NCBI GenBank assembly: GCA_018303505.1
Contig: JAGVYA010000021.1
Coordinates: forward strand, 1-49,275
Source of the DNA: Candidatus Woesearchaeota archaeon
Lineage (GTDB): Archaea; Nanobdellota; Nanobdellia; Woesearchaeales; GW2011-AR4
Length of the DNA stretch: 49,275 nucleotides
Reading direction: 5' to 3'
Made by a program: the position numbers and the translations under genes. The notes below the pieces were generated by a model. It searched no databases. It was not told the DNA's origin and saw nothing but the letters and a program-made list of their open reading frames with translations. This document shows, in pieces, positions 26,451 through 36,979 of the stretch; positions within the stretch are counted from its first letter, which is position 1; each line of letters begins with the position of its first letter.

Positions 26451-28472
26451 TTATTTTTTTATGAGAGTGAAAGAGAACAAATATGCGGTTAAGGCTATTA
26501 AATACAAACTTTTGATTCCGAATATTAGCGAGCTGTACTCTAAAGAGCCGCCTAATACGGCGCCTAATATATTTGAACCAAAAGCGCTGTGTATATCTTT
26601 AACTTTCTTAAACGATGTGGCAAATATCAAGCCTGAAAAAAATATCGGCAATGAAACAATCAGCATTGCAAAAATTTTAGATAAGATATTATTTTGGAGG
26701 AAACTGCTCGGCTTAATCATATAATTCATCACTATTACTACTGCCAAAAGCAGATAAGATATGCGCATATTCACCTTGAAGTTAAATGTGTAATAATTTG
26801 CTAACAAAACCATAATCAAAATGCTTCCTATAACAAATGAATTAACAATCCAAGTAGACCCAAACATTAATGCCATTTCTGTAATGCTTTTTGTCTCTAT
26901 TAGCAAAAATCCAGATCCTAAAAAGAAAAAATGCCACGATAACGACTTTATGCCTGGGGTGGTAAAAATAACCAACATGACTGTTATGATTAACACAATA
27001 GCAAGTATTCTTATATAACTTGTATCTTTCAATCTATTTTTCAAATAAAGAAAAGGATAGTCGTCAGTTGGTACAACAACATTTAAATCTTTAGTCTTTG
27101 TGTATGACGAGCTAGAGGGAAGCTCTGCCCTTTTTACATTTTCGCCTATAACAAAAGTCTTTACATTCCCGGTTGATATAACAAGCGGTTCTTTACCAAA
27201 AGTTTTTTTTAAAAGGTCGTATATTTTCGCCTCTATAAAATCCTTTCCTACCCAAAAGCTCAATACTACAATGCCATCAGGCTTTAAGATATCTTTTGCC
27301 TCTTCAATTGCTTCTTCTGTGTATACAAAGTTGTCCAACCTAACACTTGATTGATGGGCAAAAACCCTATGGCTGTCTAGAAGCCCATATACAATCATGT
27401 CGTACTTTTTGTCAACATTCTTAATAAAATTCCTTGCGTCATTTAAAACCACATTAACATTATCATAGCCATATGGTCTATTAGGGTGTTTATCAGCAAA
27501 TGAAATAATTGCCGGGTCTATTTCAACCGCATCAATTTCTTTTGCGCCATTTAAAATAGCTAAATACGCATCATTGCCTGTGCCAGCGCCAACAATTAGA
27601 ACACTATTTGGCTTTTTGAACAAATAAGGCAGGAAGTAATGCGTTCCAAGCGTTTCCTTCCTGCTAAAGTTTAATGAAGATAGTATTGAGTCATCGTTTA
27701 CAGTCATCGAAAACTCCCCGAATTTATTAGTTTCGGTCGATATAATCTTGTAATAAGGACTCCAAACAGTGCCTGCGCCGAGCAGCCCAACAATAATCAG
27801 CGAAATAATAAAGGAGAATGCGCCAAGCACTTTAAATTTAAAATTAGTCAAAAATGGAAAATAAAGAATAAAGCTTAGCAAGAACCACCAAAATGGCTGA
27901 ATTGAAAAAAAACTCATTACAAACAAAGCTATAATTCCAAATAGCGAGCCCAATATGTTGATAGTGTAAGCTTTTAATGGGCTTAGTCCTTCCATTTTTT
28001 CTCCGAGAATTTGCCCGATTGGGATGAATACAAGCGCATTTAAGAGAAAAAACACCGGAACTAGATAAATCAAGAAATTGGAGGTGTTCCAAATCCATTC
28101 GCCTTCAGGAAGAAGCAACTTTGATAAAAAACTTCTTTGGGAAATTGTTTGAATTTTTTCTTCTACTTGATCTATTGTAACTGCACCTACAGAAAAAAAA
28201 AGCGAATAGGTTAATTGGTATGCGAATGCAGATAAAATCAGGAGTAAGATAAGGAATGGAAAATAATTAATGTATTTTCTCTTCTTGACAAGCAGACCAA
28301 TGCCTCCTCCAAGAAAAGCCGATATTAATAGCATATTTGTAAAATAAGCAACTACCTTTACGTAACCAGAAACCCACCTTATCAAGGCTATTTCCAAGAA
28401 TAAAAATAAGAAGCTTATTGCAAAAATTCCAAAACCTTTCTTGAATTTCTGGCTTTTTAAAATTTTCAACAT
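26451..28472 (-). CDS. Membrane protein with central spermidine-synthase-like SAM-binding domain
   Basis: N- and C-terminal TM bundles, VLIVGAGTGND, VEIDP, DAR.F, YD.IV, LLDSH. Confidence 0.8.
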   Translation of the reverse strand: MLKILKSQKFKKGFGIFAISFLFLFLEIALIRWVSGYVKVVAYFTNMLLISAFLGGGIGLLVKKRKYINYFPFLILLLILSAFAYQLTYSLFFSVGAVTIDQVEEKIQTISQRSFLSKLLLPEGEWIWNTSNFLIYLVPVFFLLNALVFIPIGQILGEKMEGLSPLKAYTINILGSLFGIIALFVMSFFSIQPFWWFLLSFILYFPFLTNFKFKVLGAFSFIISLIIVGLLGAGTVWSPYYKIISTETNKFGEFSMTVNDDSILSSLNFSRKETLGTHYFLPYLFKKPNSVLIVGAGTGNDAYLAILNGAKEIDAVEIDPAIISFADKHPNRPYGYDNVNVVLNDARNFIKNVDKKYDMIVYGLLDSHRVFAHQSSVRLDNFVYTEEAIEEAKDILKPDGIVVLSFWVGKDFIEAKIYDLLKKTFGKEPLVISTGNVKTFVIGENVKRAELPSSSSYTKTKDLNVVVPTDDYPFLYLKNRLKDTSYIRILAIVLIITVMLVIFTTPGIKSLSWHFFFLGSGFLLIETKSITEMALMFGSTWIVNSFVIGSILIMVLLANYYTFNFKVNMRISYLLLAVVIVMNYMIKPSSFLQNNILSKIFAMLIVSLPIFFSGLIFATSFKKVKDIHSAFGSNILGAVLGGSLEYSSLIFGIKSLYLIALTAYLFSFTLIKK

Positions 28473-28592
28473 AGCTTTAGGAATTGGTTTTATTATTTAA
28501 ATTTTGTTTAAATTTTAAATTCCAATAATTTTAAATACACAATTTTTTTCCACGATTTTATGAATGTTAAGAACTTTTTAAAGCCAACTATT

Positions 28593-28982
28593 TTATTTTA
28601 AAAGAAATACATTCTCCAAATTTTCAAAATGTCTATCACCAGTTACCAGTGTTGCATTGTTCAATAGAGAAGAACAATAAATTAGGCTGTCTATAGTGTG
28701 CAACTTGTGCTTGATTGACAGTTCAACAGCACTATTGCATATCTTTTCATCAATTCCCAGCAACAAACTTCTTGTTTTTATAAATTTTAAAAACTCCTCA
28801 ATTTTAGGCTCTTTAACATTTTTCATTAGTATCTTTCTTTTAATTTCAAAAATAGACAGTACAGAAGTCATTAGCAAGTGCTTGCCCTCTTCTATAAGTT
28901 CCTTGCTTAAATCGTTCTCAGCCAAAAAATAAGATAGCCAAACAGAAGAGTCTAATAAGACGTGCTCACCTATCGCCTTCAT
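28593..28982 (-). CDS. vapC: PIN-domain toxin (VapC family)
   Basis: LLDSSVW, S..S.FE, D.LIY, LVTGD.HF. Confidence 0.9.
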   Translation of the reverse strand: MKAIGEHVLLDSSVWLSYFLAENDLSKELIEEGKHLLMTSVLSIFEIKRKILMKNVKEPKIEEFLKFIKTRSLLLGIDEKICNSAVELSIKHKLHTIDSLIYCSSLLNNATLVTGDRHFENLENVFLLK

Positions 28983-29178
28983 CTCTTAGCCCTCTCAAGA
29001 TATTTTTCATGCTTTTTTCTTTTCCCAAAGCGCCGTACATAGATTTTTTGATTCCGCCTTTTAGTATGGCATTTATTACATCGTTATAGCTCTCGGCATT
29101 CAAACTGCTTTTAAATCTCTTCAATAACTCTAACGTTTCATTCTCAATCTGAATTGTAGTTGGCATTTTTGTGTCCAT
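28966..29178 (-). CDS. vapB: Archaeal VapB-type antitoxin (RHH-like)
   Basis: TTIQI..ET...L...K.....SY..VI; 70 aa; overlaps the vapC start. Confidence 0.8.
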   Translation of the reverse strand: MDTKMPTTIQIENETLELLKRFKSSLNAESYNDVINAILKGGIKKSMYGALGKEKSMKNILRGLRDEGDR

Positions 29179-29264
29179 TACTATAAGGCTATAGGCTTAT
29201 ATATAAATTTTTCTATTACAAAATCTGCTGGTTTTCGTAATTATTTAGCTTTCTGAAGTTAAAA

Positions 29265-29455
29265 TTCAATCCGTCGCTTCGCGACAATATTTTGTGCTCG
29301 GCGTATTTTTTCTGCCATTAAAATACGCCTCGCCAATTTATTCACTAAAAATAATTTTTTTCATTGATTTTAATGTTAGTTCATTGGCGAGGCAAAAATT
29401 CGTGACAGACAATTTTTGCCGAGCACAAGAATTTGTGCCGAAGGCACGGATTGAA
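29265..29455. mobile_element. 191-bp symmetric branched palindromic element (MITE/REP-like)
   Basis: 10-bp terminal inverted repeat ttcaatccgt/acggattgaa, terminal GAA/TTC-loop mini-hairpins and four nested inverted-repeat pairs. Confidence 0.65.
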
Positions 29456-29563
29456 ATCCTAAATGTACAAAATGTGCTTCAATATACTGAAGTATTACAG
29501 TTTTGTATTATAGTTTTTTAAAAATTGAATAATTTTAAATATTCATGTTAAATCTTAATTTTC

Positions 29564-29911
29564 ATGAGTGCCAGAAATTTTTTAAAACCCTCTATTTCCA
29601 AAATCTTGATTTTTTTATTTATCGGGATTTTATTCCTTTACTTTGCGAATGAATCTGCATGCGGCATTAGTTTCTTTTTTGCATTTTGCTACAAAGCTTA
29701 TGGATTCCCGTTGGCGCACTTGATAACAGGCGACATTGCCAATTCAATGGGCTACATTAAAACCCTGCCTTTCGGGCAATTTTTCTACAAATCCGGAAAT
29801 CTGCTGTTTAATCCTGCAGCTTTGCTGATAGACATTTCCTTGATTTATCTTTTAGCATGCCTTTTAGATTCATTATTTAGGATGCGAATTAAGAAATTTC
29901 ATTCAGAATAA
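29564..29911 (+). CDS. Hypothetical small membrane protein
   Basis: FLKPS..K, YGFP, two TM segments; TATA about 25 nt upstream. Confidence 0.7.
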   Translation: MSARNFLKPSISKILIFLFIGILFLYFANESACGISFFFAFCYKAYGFPLAHLITGDIANSMGYIKTLPFGQFFYKSGNLLFNPAALLIDISLIYLLACLLDSLFRMRIKKFHSE

Positions 29912-30249
29912 AATTCAATTTTGTCGCCTATACCTGTTTTTGTTTTTTTTATAAGCCCATTTGGCATTTCAATTGCGTAGAGTGCTTTTTTTTTGGAATT
30001 GTAGAATGTAAATGGCTTGAAATTCTCTTTCTTGTCGACAACAATCTTATTTTTATCCAGAAACAGCACGTCTATCGGATAAAACACAAAAAACATGTGC
30101 AAAGAAATTATTCTTTCTTTTTTGAATTTGAAGATTAATGCTTTGTTTTGTTGTTTTGAGAACATTAATCCAATAAATTTTGAAATGATATTATCTATTA
30201 AAATAGGCTTTTTTGAAATTATTGTTTTTTTTGTTGAATTTTCAATCAT
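29899..30249 (-). CDS. DUF192 family protein
   Basis: GLMF, HMFFV.YPIDVLFLD, E...G......GD.I. Confidence 0.9.
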   Translation of the reverse strand: MIENSTKKTIISKKPILIDNIISKFIGLMFSKQQNKALIFKFKKERIISLHMFFVFYPIDVLFLDKNKIVVDKKENFKPFTFYNSKKKALYAIEMPNGLIKKTKTGIGDKIEFYSE

Positions 30250-30514
30250 TTTATCTGTTACATTTGCTATTATTACTAAAAATATTCTTTAAAATATATG
30301 TATTGCAAAATATAAATTATCCAAAATATAAGTTATCCAAAATAACGAAAAGTTTAAATATAATCTCATTTTTGAATTTTGAAAGGGGGTTTGGTATTTT
30401 AAGAGTTCGAACTTAATTAAAATTTTTATATATAAAGCATATATCACTAATCAAAAGATTTAAATATATGTTGCCAAATCAATAACCTTTAATTCACCGC
30501 AAATACAAAGAGGA

Positions 30515-33500
30515 GTGATGATGAAAAAAGAGGGTTTAAGTGATTTTTTTAATTCTCAAAATGGCAAAGTAAACATTGTGCTGTTGTTCTCTATAGTTTT
30601 AGTTTTTGTTCTAAGCGTTTATTTTGTTGAAGCATTGACAATAACAATTAATGCACCTGGAAATTTATCTTACGTCGGCGGCAACAATACTAGAAATGTA
30701 AATTTTACATTTACACCGGTTTGGAGTGGTCCTGATGAAAATGCAACCTATAATTGTTCTTTGTATACTAACTCCAGTGGCATATGGGACAGTGTCAGGA
30801 ACTTTACACCAAAAAGTGCTGGCACAAACATATCAAACAATACTCTAAGCTGGGTTAATTTCACTTTTAACAGCGAAGGTAACTTTACTTTCAACATAGG
30901 GTGCTATGCCACAAATTATACATCTTCTGCTGCCCTAAACTTCTCTGGTCTCGGCAATGGAAATGGCAATAGAACATTTTTCATTGATACTTTAGCTCCT
31001 ACAATAACTTTGGACACCCCGAAAGGTGGTGTATTGGCTGATGTTACAGCATACAACATAACTTCTTACGAAACAGCCACATTCTATGTTAATGTTTCCG
31101 ATAACTCTACTCAATTTGTATGGATGGTGCTGAACACCAATGCCACTGTTACTCCTCTAGCTCCTAACCCAGGACTAAATGAAAGTGTTAATCGCACTAT
31201 GACAGGGAACGGAACTGGTATTTCTGCTCTAGACACAAGACAATATTTCTTCAATTTGTCGGGTATAATGAACTTTAATAGCACTTTTACAAGTCCAGGC
31301 CCACATGGTGTAAGTTTCTGCGCAAATGATACGCTTGGCAGGCTCACGTGCACCAATAAGAGTGATTACATCATAAAAGGAATGAATGTAACCCAGATGG
31401 AGAATATGTTTGCTGGAATGCAGCAAGGAATAACTGGATTTGCATTCGGTGGATTGAACATCACTCTTGGAAATGGAACAGAAATACCAGAAAGCACATT
31501 TATGAATCCAATTGATGGAGTTGTAGTTGGTGGCTTAACTCATAAGAACTTTACCTTCATATTTAATTTTTCCAATAAAGCAATTATACACATTGTTGCT
31601 GGCACAATTGACGAAGACCAGTTTGCAAACGCAAGCAACTCAAGAGTTAATAGTACGCCAACTACAGAGGTAAGGCAGCAATTAGGTCGTTACACACCAA
31701 ATATGGCATGGGCTGATATTGCAAGCTTTATACCAAACGAAGTCCGTTACGAGTATGGAATAATACAAATAGGTGGTACAACCTATTCAAAGAAGATGTA
31801 CTGTAATGGCACCTCAATGTCAGCTCCTCAGTGTCATACAATAAGCCAGTGTAATGCAACAGTATTTGGCATACTGAATCATTCTATTGTGATTCCGCCA
31901 AATGATGGATGCTGGCTTGAATCTGGCGTGATTAATACACAAAGCCTAAGTTCAGGCTATACATATATATTTGTTGACAAATTCTCAGGCGCTGTTGGCG
32001 GAGAGGACCGTGGACCGCCAAATGCAACATTTATTTCACCTGCTGCAAGTGAGGCAAATCATAGACTTAATAGGTCAACCACAGTAACCCAATTAATAAA
32101 CTTTACAGTTGACGACACTGATAGTACAGGGCTTAACTTAAGCGCTAATTCTTCGATAAATGTTACAATTACCCTTGGCGGAAGTCAAGTGGCGCTGTTC
32201 AGTTATCTAAACAACGCTTCAACAAACTTAACCTGCACATCTGCAGATACAGTTTCTCCGCAGAACACAACCAGAATAACCTGTAATGTTACATACGGAT
32301 TTAATTCAAATGGAACATATTTAATAAACGTTACTGGCAGAGACGCAAGCAATAACAGCAACGCTATGAATACATCATCTAATTATGTATATTTCACAGT
32401 CGATCAAATACCTCCTATTTTTATCTATTATAACTTTACAAATTCAAGCAATTTTAATACAACTGGTACTGATGCAACTGCTTCGTTTGAATTAGGAACA
32501 ACTGCAGGCACTTCAAGAGCACAAGGAGATGCTAATACTGGAAGAATTTTTGCAGTTGCTAATTGGACAGACAACCTGACAGATGCAAGATATGGAATGC
32601 TGCAATTCTATAACACTTCTAAAGCAGCAGGGCAAGAATGGCGGACTTTGAATACAACAGCGGTAAATGGAAGCGGTCTCCAATTTAGAAGTGGCGGATG
32701 GACAAACTTCTCATTCCCCATCCCCAAAGGCCATAATAATTTTGAAGGCAAGAACGTAAGCTTCAGGATTATTGCCAATGATACTTTAGGCAATGTTAAT
32801 AATTCCGATTTAGTTAAGAACTTTACAATACAAATTAATGATACAACTGTGCCTGCTACAACTATTAATGGGACTATCTCAACAAATAACACAAATACAA
32901 CAAATACAAGACCTCTTGTAAGTTGGTTTATAAATGACAATAATAAACTAACAAGTATAAATGTAAGTGTTGATGATACTGTAGCTCCTGGCACAGGAGT
33001 AGAAAGTAATTGCCAAAAATATGCATTCTTTGACACAACTGCTGGTGCTAATAATGTAGAAAAATTCAGAAATTCATCATTCCAAATTTTAGATGATTCA
33101 GCATGCACCTTAGCAAATGGTACACACTTCATAAGGATAATAGCAATTGATTCATGGAGTAATTCCGAGACAGTTTTCCATAACTTCACAGTACAAAGCG
33201 GAAGCACGCCAGAACTTACATTAACAGTATTGCAAAACGGCTTATCTGCAATAAACCAGTCTAATGTAACGCCATACACCGGCATGAACTTTTCAGCAAC
33301 AGTCGGAGCAACAGGCACACTTAAGAACATGAGCTTTACATCAAGCTGCAATTCAACTGTACAAACATTTACAAATAACACAATGATATGGCCATTTAAT
33401 TATTCAGACTGTAAAAGAAGGGAAGCTAACCAGACAGTAACAGTGACTGTATTTGACGCTGCGGGAAATTTCATTACCAATACAACACAATTTTTGGTTG

Positions 33501-35698
33501 ATGATTTAGGACCTTCATTAGCAGTAGATGATCCAACAAATGGATTTAGTGGTCCTAATGAAATAGCTCTTAACTTGTCTGCAAAAGACGGCAATCAGAG
33601 AATTTCATTCTTTGGATACTATTTGGACGACAGACCGATACTAAGATTGAACTTAACAGGAAGCTATGCAGGTGCAGCAGCAAATATCTCTTTATCTAAT
33701 TATACTAACTTTACGCCCGGTACACATAGCATTAAGTTTACAGTTAACGATACTTTAGGCAATTCAAGAAACAGCAGTACCATCACGTTTACTGCAACTG
33801 GACCGATAATATCAGGTGAAATAGGTAATAGTACAAGCGGATACCTAACCAATTTAATGGGTTATCCAGCCAATGTAACTGTTAAATTAAAAACCTCAGA
33901 TGGCAGCTATCAGCAAGTCGATGCAAATGCCACAGACGTAAGCAGCACATTTGAGCTATTACTATACTTAAATGAGACGAGCGCTGACAATCAAATAAAT
34001 GTAACAATAACAGAAATAAATGGCTCTGGAGCTAATTGGGATAAGATAAACTTCTCTGTCTTAATAAATGAATCTAAAGTGCAACTGGATATACAAAATA
34101 ATTGGAGCAATGCTATAAGGCATCTGGTATACTTCAACAGCAGCATTGATGAGTTTTTATCAAACGCTAATGATTACTATGGAATTGTTGTATTGCCAAT
34201 GAATGTAAGCGGTGGCTTGGAGATATGGTGGATAGGCAATGAATCTAATTTAAGCAGAACTAATGTAAGTGCGTGCACTGGCGGCTTTAGCGCAACAACA
34301 ACAACGCCATGCTTTAATTTTACTTCTGGCGGAAAAACAATTGTACAAGTACCTCACTTTAGTATAGTTGTAGTTTCTAACAATTCAAATGCTCCAACAA
34401 TTAATGTAACAACTCCAGATTCAGCAGCAAATCAAAGCATAAGCATGTTTGTGCCTAATATAACAGTTTCGAATGATGCAGTATTGTGCGAATATTCTGT
34501 TAATGGGACAGTGCCAAAAGTAACAATGACAAAGAGCGGAAATATATGTCTTGGCCAAACTGAAAGGTTTAAAAATCTCAATGCGTTAGATGGAAACTAT
34601 AACTTTACATTTAATGTTACCGACTCCTCAAGTAATGTAAACACTTACATATTGAAATTTAATGTTACAGATGGCACAGCGCCAAACACGCCAAACAGCA
34701 CAAGAATATCGGTCAGTGAGAGCAGCACTTCTGCAACAGTAACCATAAGCGGAATGAATGAAAGCGTTAATGCGTCTATAACTGCCTTTTCCGGATCATC
34801 AAATGCAACTAGCACAATTGCAACCCCGCAGCCAGACTTTAACACCACTCAGGCAGTTTTATTCCCCACTTTGACCGCAAGCACAACTTACCATATGAAT
34901 ATTACTATATGCGACTTTGCAGGAAACTGTGCAACAAATAGCACCAATTTGGCCTTCACAACAAGCGCAGCAGCAGCTACTACAACTACAACAACCACAA
35001 CAACAAGTGCAGCAGGTGGTGGCGGAGCAGCACCAACAAGCAATGTAGAAGCATCAGCAGCAAGACAATGGGACAGCATAGCAGCAGGCTCAAGTGGCGT
35101 ATTAGCCATAAATAACGAGAAGATAGCTGTAACAGGAGTCATAATTGATGTGCAGAATACAGTTGCAAATCCTTCAATAACTGTTGAAAGCCTAACCTCA
35201 AACCCATTATCAACTGCAGCAACAGCAGCAAAAGTGTACCAATACTTGCAATTAAGAAAAAGCAATATCGCTGATTCAGACGCATCAAAGATTACAATCA
35301 ACTTTAGAGTGCCAAAATCATGGCTGACAAGCAACAATGTTGCAGAAGACAACATTGTGCTGTACAGATACAGCGATAATAAATGGAATTCATTGCCAAC
35401 AACAAAGACAGGAGCAGATGCAAATAATGCATTATACCAATCAATAACACCTGGATTTAGCACTTTCGCTATAGGGACAACAGAGGCTGCTCCAGCTGCA
35501 CCAATCCCAGAGGCGCCGCCAGAAGAAGTGCCAGCAGAGGTGCCAGCAGAAGTTCCAGTAGCTCCAACAGAGGTACCAGCAGCACCAGAAGTCAAGAAGC
35601 CAGCACTAAGCAGAACAGCAATCGCATGGATTGTTGTTGTAATAATTGTAATTGTAGCAGCAGTTGGCTATTACATGTGGCAGAAGAGGAAAGAATAA
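30515..35698 (+). CDS. Large surface glycoprotein with PGF-pre-PGF domain and Ig-like repeats
   Basis: 1727 aa. Signal/TM at the N-terminus, repeated D..GN and D..P motifs, very dense NxS/T sequons, poly-Thr linker, VYQY...F.V...W...TPGFSTFAI, Pro/Glu linker and C-terminal TM. Confidence 0.85.
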   Translation: MMMKKEGLSDFFNSQNGKVNIVLLFSIVLVFVLSVYFVEALTITINAPGNLSYVGGNNTRNVNFTFTPVWSGPDENATYNCSLYTNSSGIWDSVRNFTPKSAGTNISNNTLSWVNFTFNSEGNFTFNIGCYATNYTSSAALNFSGLGNGNGNRTFFIDTLAPTITLDTPKGGVLADVTAYNITSYETATFYVNVSDNSTQFVWMVLNTNATVTPLAPNPGLNESVNRTMTGNGTGISALDTRQYFFNLSGIMNFNSTFTSPGPHGVSFCANDTLGRLTCTNKSDYIIKGMNVTQMENMFAGMQQGITGFAFGGLNITLGNGTEIPESTFMNPIDGVVVGGLTHKNFTFIFNFSNKAIIHIVAGTIDEDQFANASNSRVNSTPTTEVRQQLGRYTPNMAWADIASFIPNEVRYEYGIIQIGGTTYSKKMYCNGTSMSAPQCHTISQCNATVFGILNHSIVIPPNDGCWLESGVINTQSLSSGYTYIFVDKFSGAVGGEDRGPPNATFISPAASEANHRLNRSTTVTQLINFTVDDTDSTGLNLSANSSINVTITLGGSQVALFSYLNNASTNLTCTSADTVSPQNTTRITCNVTYGFNSNGTYLINVTGRDASNNSNAMNTSSNYVYFTVDQIPPIFIYYNFTNSSNFNTTGTDATASFELGTTAGTSRAQGDANTGRIFAVANWTDNLTDARYGMLQFYNTSKAAGQEWRTLNTTAVNGSGLQFRSGGWTNFSFPIPKGHNNFEGKNVSFRIIANDTLGNVNNSDLVKNFTIQINDTTVPATTINGTISTNNTNTTNTRPLVSWFINDNNKLTSINVSVDDTVAPGTGVESNCQKYAFFDTTAGANNVEKFRNSSFQILDDSACTLANGTHFIRIIAIDSWSNSETVFHNFTVQSGSTPELTLTVLQNGLSAINQSNVTPYTGMNFSATVGATGTLKNMSFTSSCNSTVQTFTNNTMIWPFNYSDCKRREANQTVTVTVFDAAGNFITNTTQFLVDDLGPSLAVDDPTNGFSGPNEIALNLSAKDGNQRISFFGYYLDDRPILRLNLTGSYAGAAANISLSNYTNFTPGTHSIKFTVNDTLGNSRNSSTITFTATGPIISGEIGNSTSGYLTNLMGYPANVTVKLKTSDGSYQQVDANATDVSSTFELLLYLNETSADNQINVTITEINGSGANWDKINFSVLINESKVQLDIQNNWSNAIRHLVYFNSSIDEFLSNANDYYGIVVLPMNVSGGLEIWWIGNESNLSRTNVSACTGGFSATTTTPCFNFTSGGKTIVQVPHFSIVVVSNNSNAPTINVTTPDSAANQSISMFVPNITVSNDAVLCEYSVNGTVPKVTMTKSGNICLGQTERFKNLNALDGNYNFTFNVTDSSSNVNTYILKFNVTDGTAPNTPNSTRISVSESSTSATVTISGMNESVNASITAFSGSSNATSTIATPQPDFNTTQAVLFPTLTASTTYHMNITICDFAGNCATNSTNLAFTTSAAAATTTTTTTTTSAAGGGGAAPTSNVEASAARQWDSIAAGSSGVLAINNEKIAVTGVIIDVQNTVANPSITVESLTSNPLSTAATAAKVYQYLQLRKSNIADSDASKITINFRVPKSWLTSNNVAEDNIVLYRYSDNKWNSLPTTKTGADANNALYQSITPGFSTFAIGTTEAAPAAPIPEAPPEEVPAEVPAEVPVAPTEVPAAPEVKKPALSRTAIAWIVVVIIVIVAAVGYYMWQKRKE

Positions 35699-35976
35699 GA
35701 TTTTCTTTTAGATTTTTATTTAATTTTATTAACTTAAATGACAAGATTAGGCGCCCTCATACTTAAGTTGCACGATAAAGCCAATCATTAAGTGCTACTG
35801 TCATAGCGGGTTACCTTCAACACTATTACTTCCAAAGGTCGCTCGTGGATTGTTGAATTTTTATTTTATATTTTTCAATGAATTATTTTTATTGAGTTAA
35901 TGTTTTGAAGGTCGTTGTAGGTTTGTTTAATATTGGTTGGTAAATTACAATAAAAAACAAAAAAGAAATAATATAT

Positions 35977-36438
35977 TTACTCCATCCTTGATGTTATTTG
36001 TCCAATATTGTTATGGCTTAAGCCTGTTTCTGTTATGGTGTAAGAAATATTCAACTGTTGATTATATTTTGAACCGGGTAATGCTGCAGCACAAGTAATT
36101 GTTCCTTGAGTTGTTGTGGTCTTTTCTCCATTTGCAAGGTTAAAGCTTGCGCTCTCACCGCAACCACCAGCTTTAATAGTGACTGATGACATGTCATAGC
36201 CTAAAGAGTTTTGTATTATAACTTGGACTCGTCCTACACCACCTGCTCCACCATTATCTACTCTATGATCTAAACAAGCAATTCCCGATTGCAAACTGCA
36301 CTTAGCTGGCAAAAACTTATCCGGGCTTAAAACTCCAAAATAAGCCAAGGCCCCTACAGCAACTAAAACAACAAGTATTGCCCACCCATAAGTCATTAAG
36401 AATTCCAATGCCGCTTGTGACTTTCTGTTAACCATCAT
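35977..36438 (-). CDS. Archaeal type IV pilin-like protein
   Basis: Class III signal RKS/QAALEFLMTYGWAIL; GAGGTGA RBS. Confidence 0.88.
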   Translation of the reverse strand: MMVNRKSQAALEFLMTYGWAILVVLVAVGALAYFGVLSPDKFLPAKCSLQSGIACLDHRVDNGGAGGVGRVQVIIQNSLGYDMSSVTIKAGGCGESASFNLANGEKTTTTQGTITCAAALPGSKYNQQLNISYTITETGLSHNNIGQITSRME

Positions 36439-36456
36439 TTTCACCTCATCATATGA

Positions 36457-36921
36457 TTATTCAACTTTTGAGTTTAAATTGCCATACATTGTTTTTGTAA
36501 GTTGTGTATTTTTTTCAGTATAGCCTATTACTATTTCCCCTTTATATCTGTCTTTTACAGCGCCATTGCTGCAAGTGCCCCCTATTAAGAAATTACTAGA
36601 AGGTCCGCCGCCAACCAATTCAGTGTTTAATGATGTACTACTGCAACTGCCCACTGTAATGCTGTTGACGGTTACGGTTCTGCCTTCAACAGTATTGGAA
36701 ATAATTAAAGTGATTTTGCTAGTTTCTACTTTATGGCCCTCGCAAAGAAAGCCTGGTTCCAAAATGCATTTTTCTGGAAGAAACTTTGCAGGGCTTAAAA
36801 CCCCAAAATAAGCAAGAGCTGCAATTGCAGCAAGAACAACAAGGATAGCCCATCCATAAGTCATCAAGAATTCCATTGCGGCTTGAGACTTTTTGTTATT
36901 AAGCTTAGTAGAAATTCTCAT
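36457..36921 (-). CDS. Archaeal type IV pilin-like protein (paralog)
   Basis: KKS/QAAMEFLMTYGWAIL; GAGGTG RBS. Confidence 0.88.
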   Translation of the reverse strand: MRISTKLNNKKSQAAMEFLMTYGWAILVVLAAIAALAYFGVLSPAKFLPEKCILEPGFLCEGHKVETSKITLIISNTVEGRTVTVNSITVGSCSSTSLNTELVGGGPSSNFLIGGTCSNGAVKDRYKGEIVIGYTEKNTQLTKTMYGNLNSKVE

Positions 36922-36979
36922 CAAATACACCTCATTTTTAAAGCCATTTTTTATTTTAAATACAAATTGAATAACTAAT

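Noticed and set aside
26451-29455. tRNA-anchored integrated island
   Set aside because: No integrase and no duplicated tRNA end seen; these genes lie on the 5' side of the tRNA.
29294-29521. 75-aa ORF on + strand
   Set aside because: Runs through the palindromic element, with no RBS or recognisable motif.
34965-35010. ACA/GCA-rich microsatellite-like tract, and GTGCCAGCAGA repeats near 35520-35590
   Set aside because: Encode ordinary Ala/Thr and Pro/Glu linkers with varied synonymous codons.
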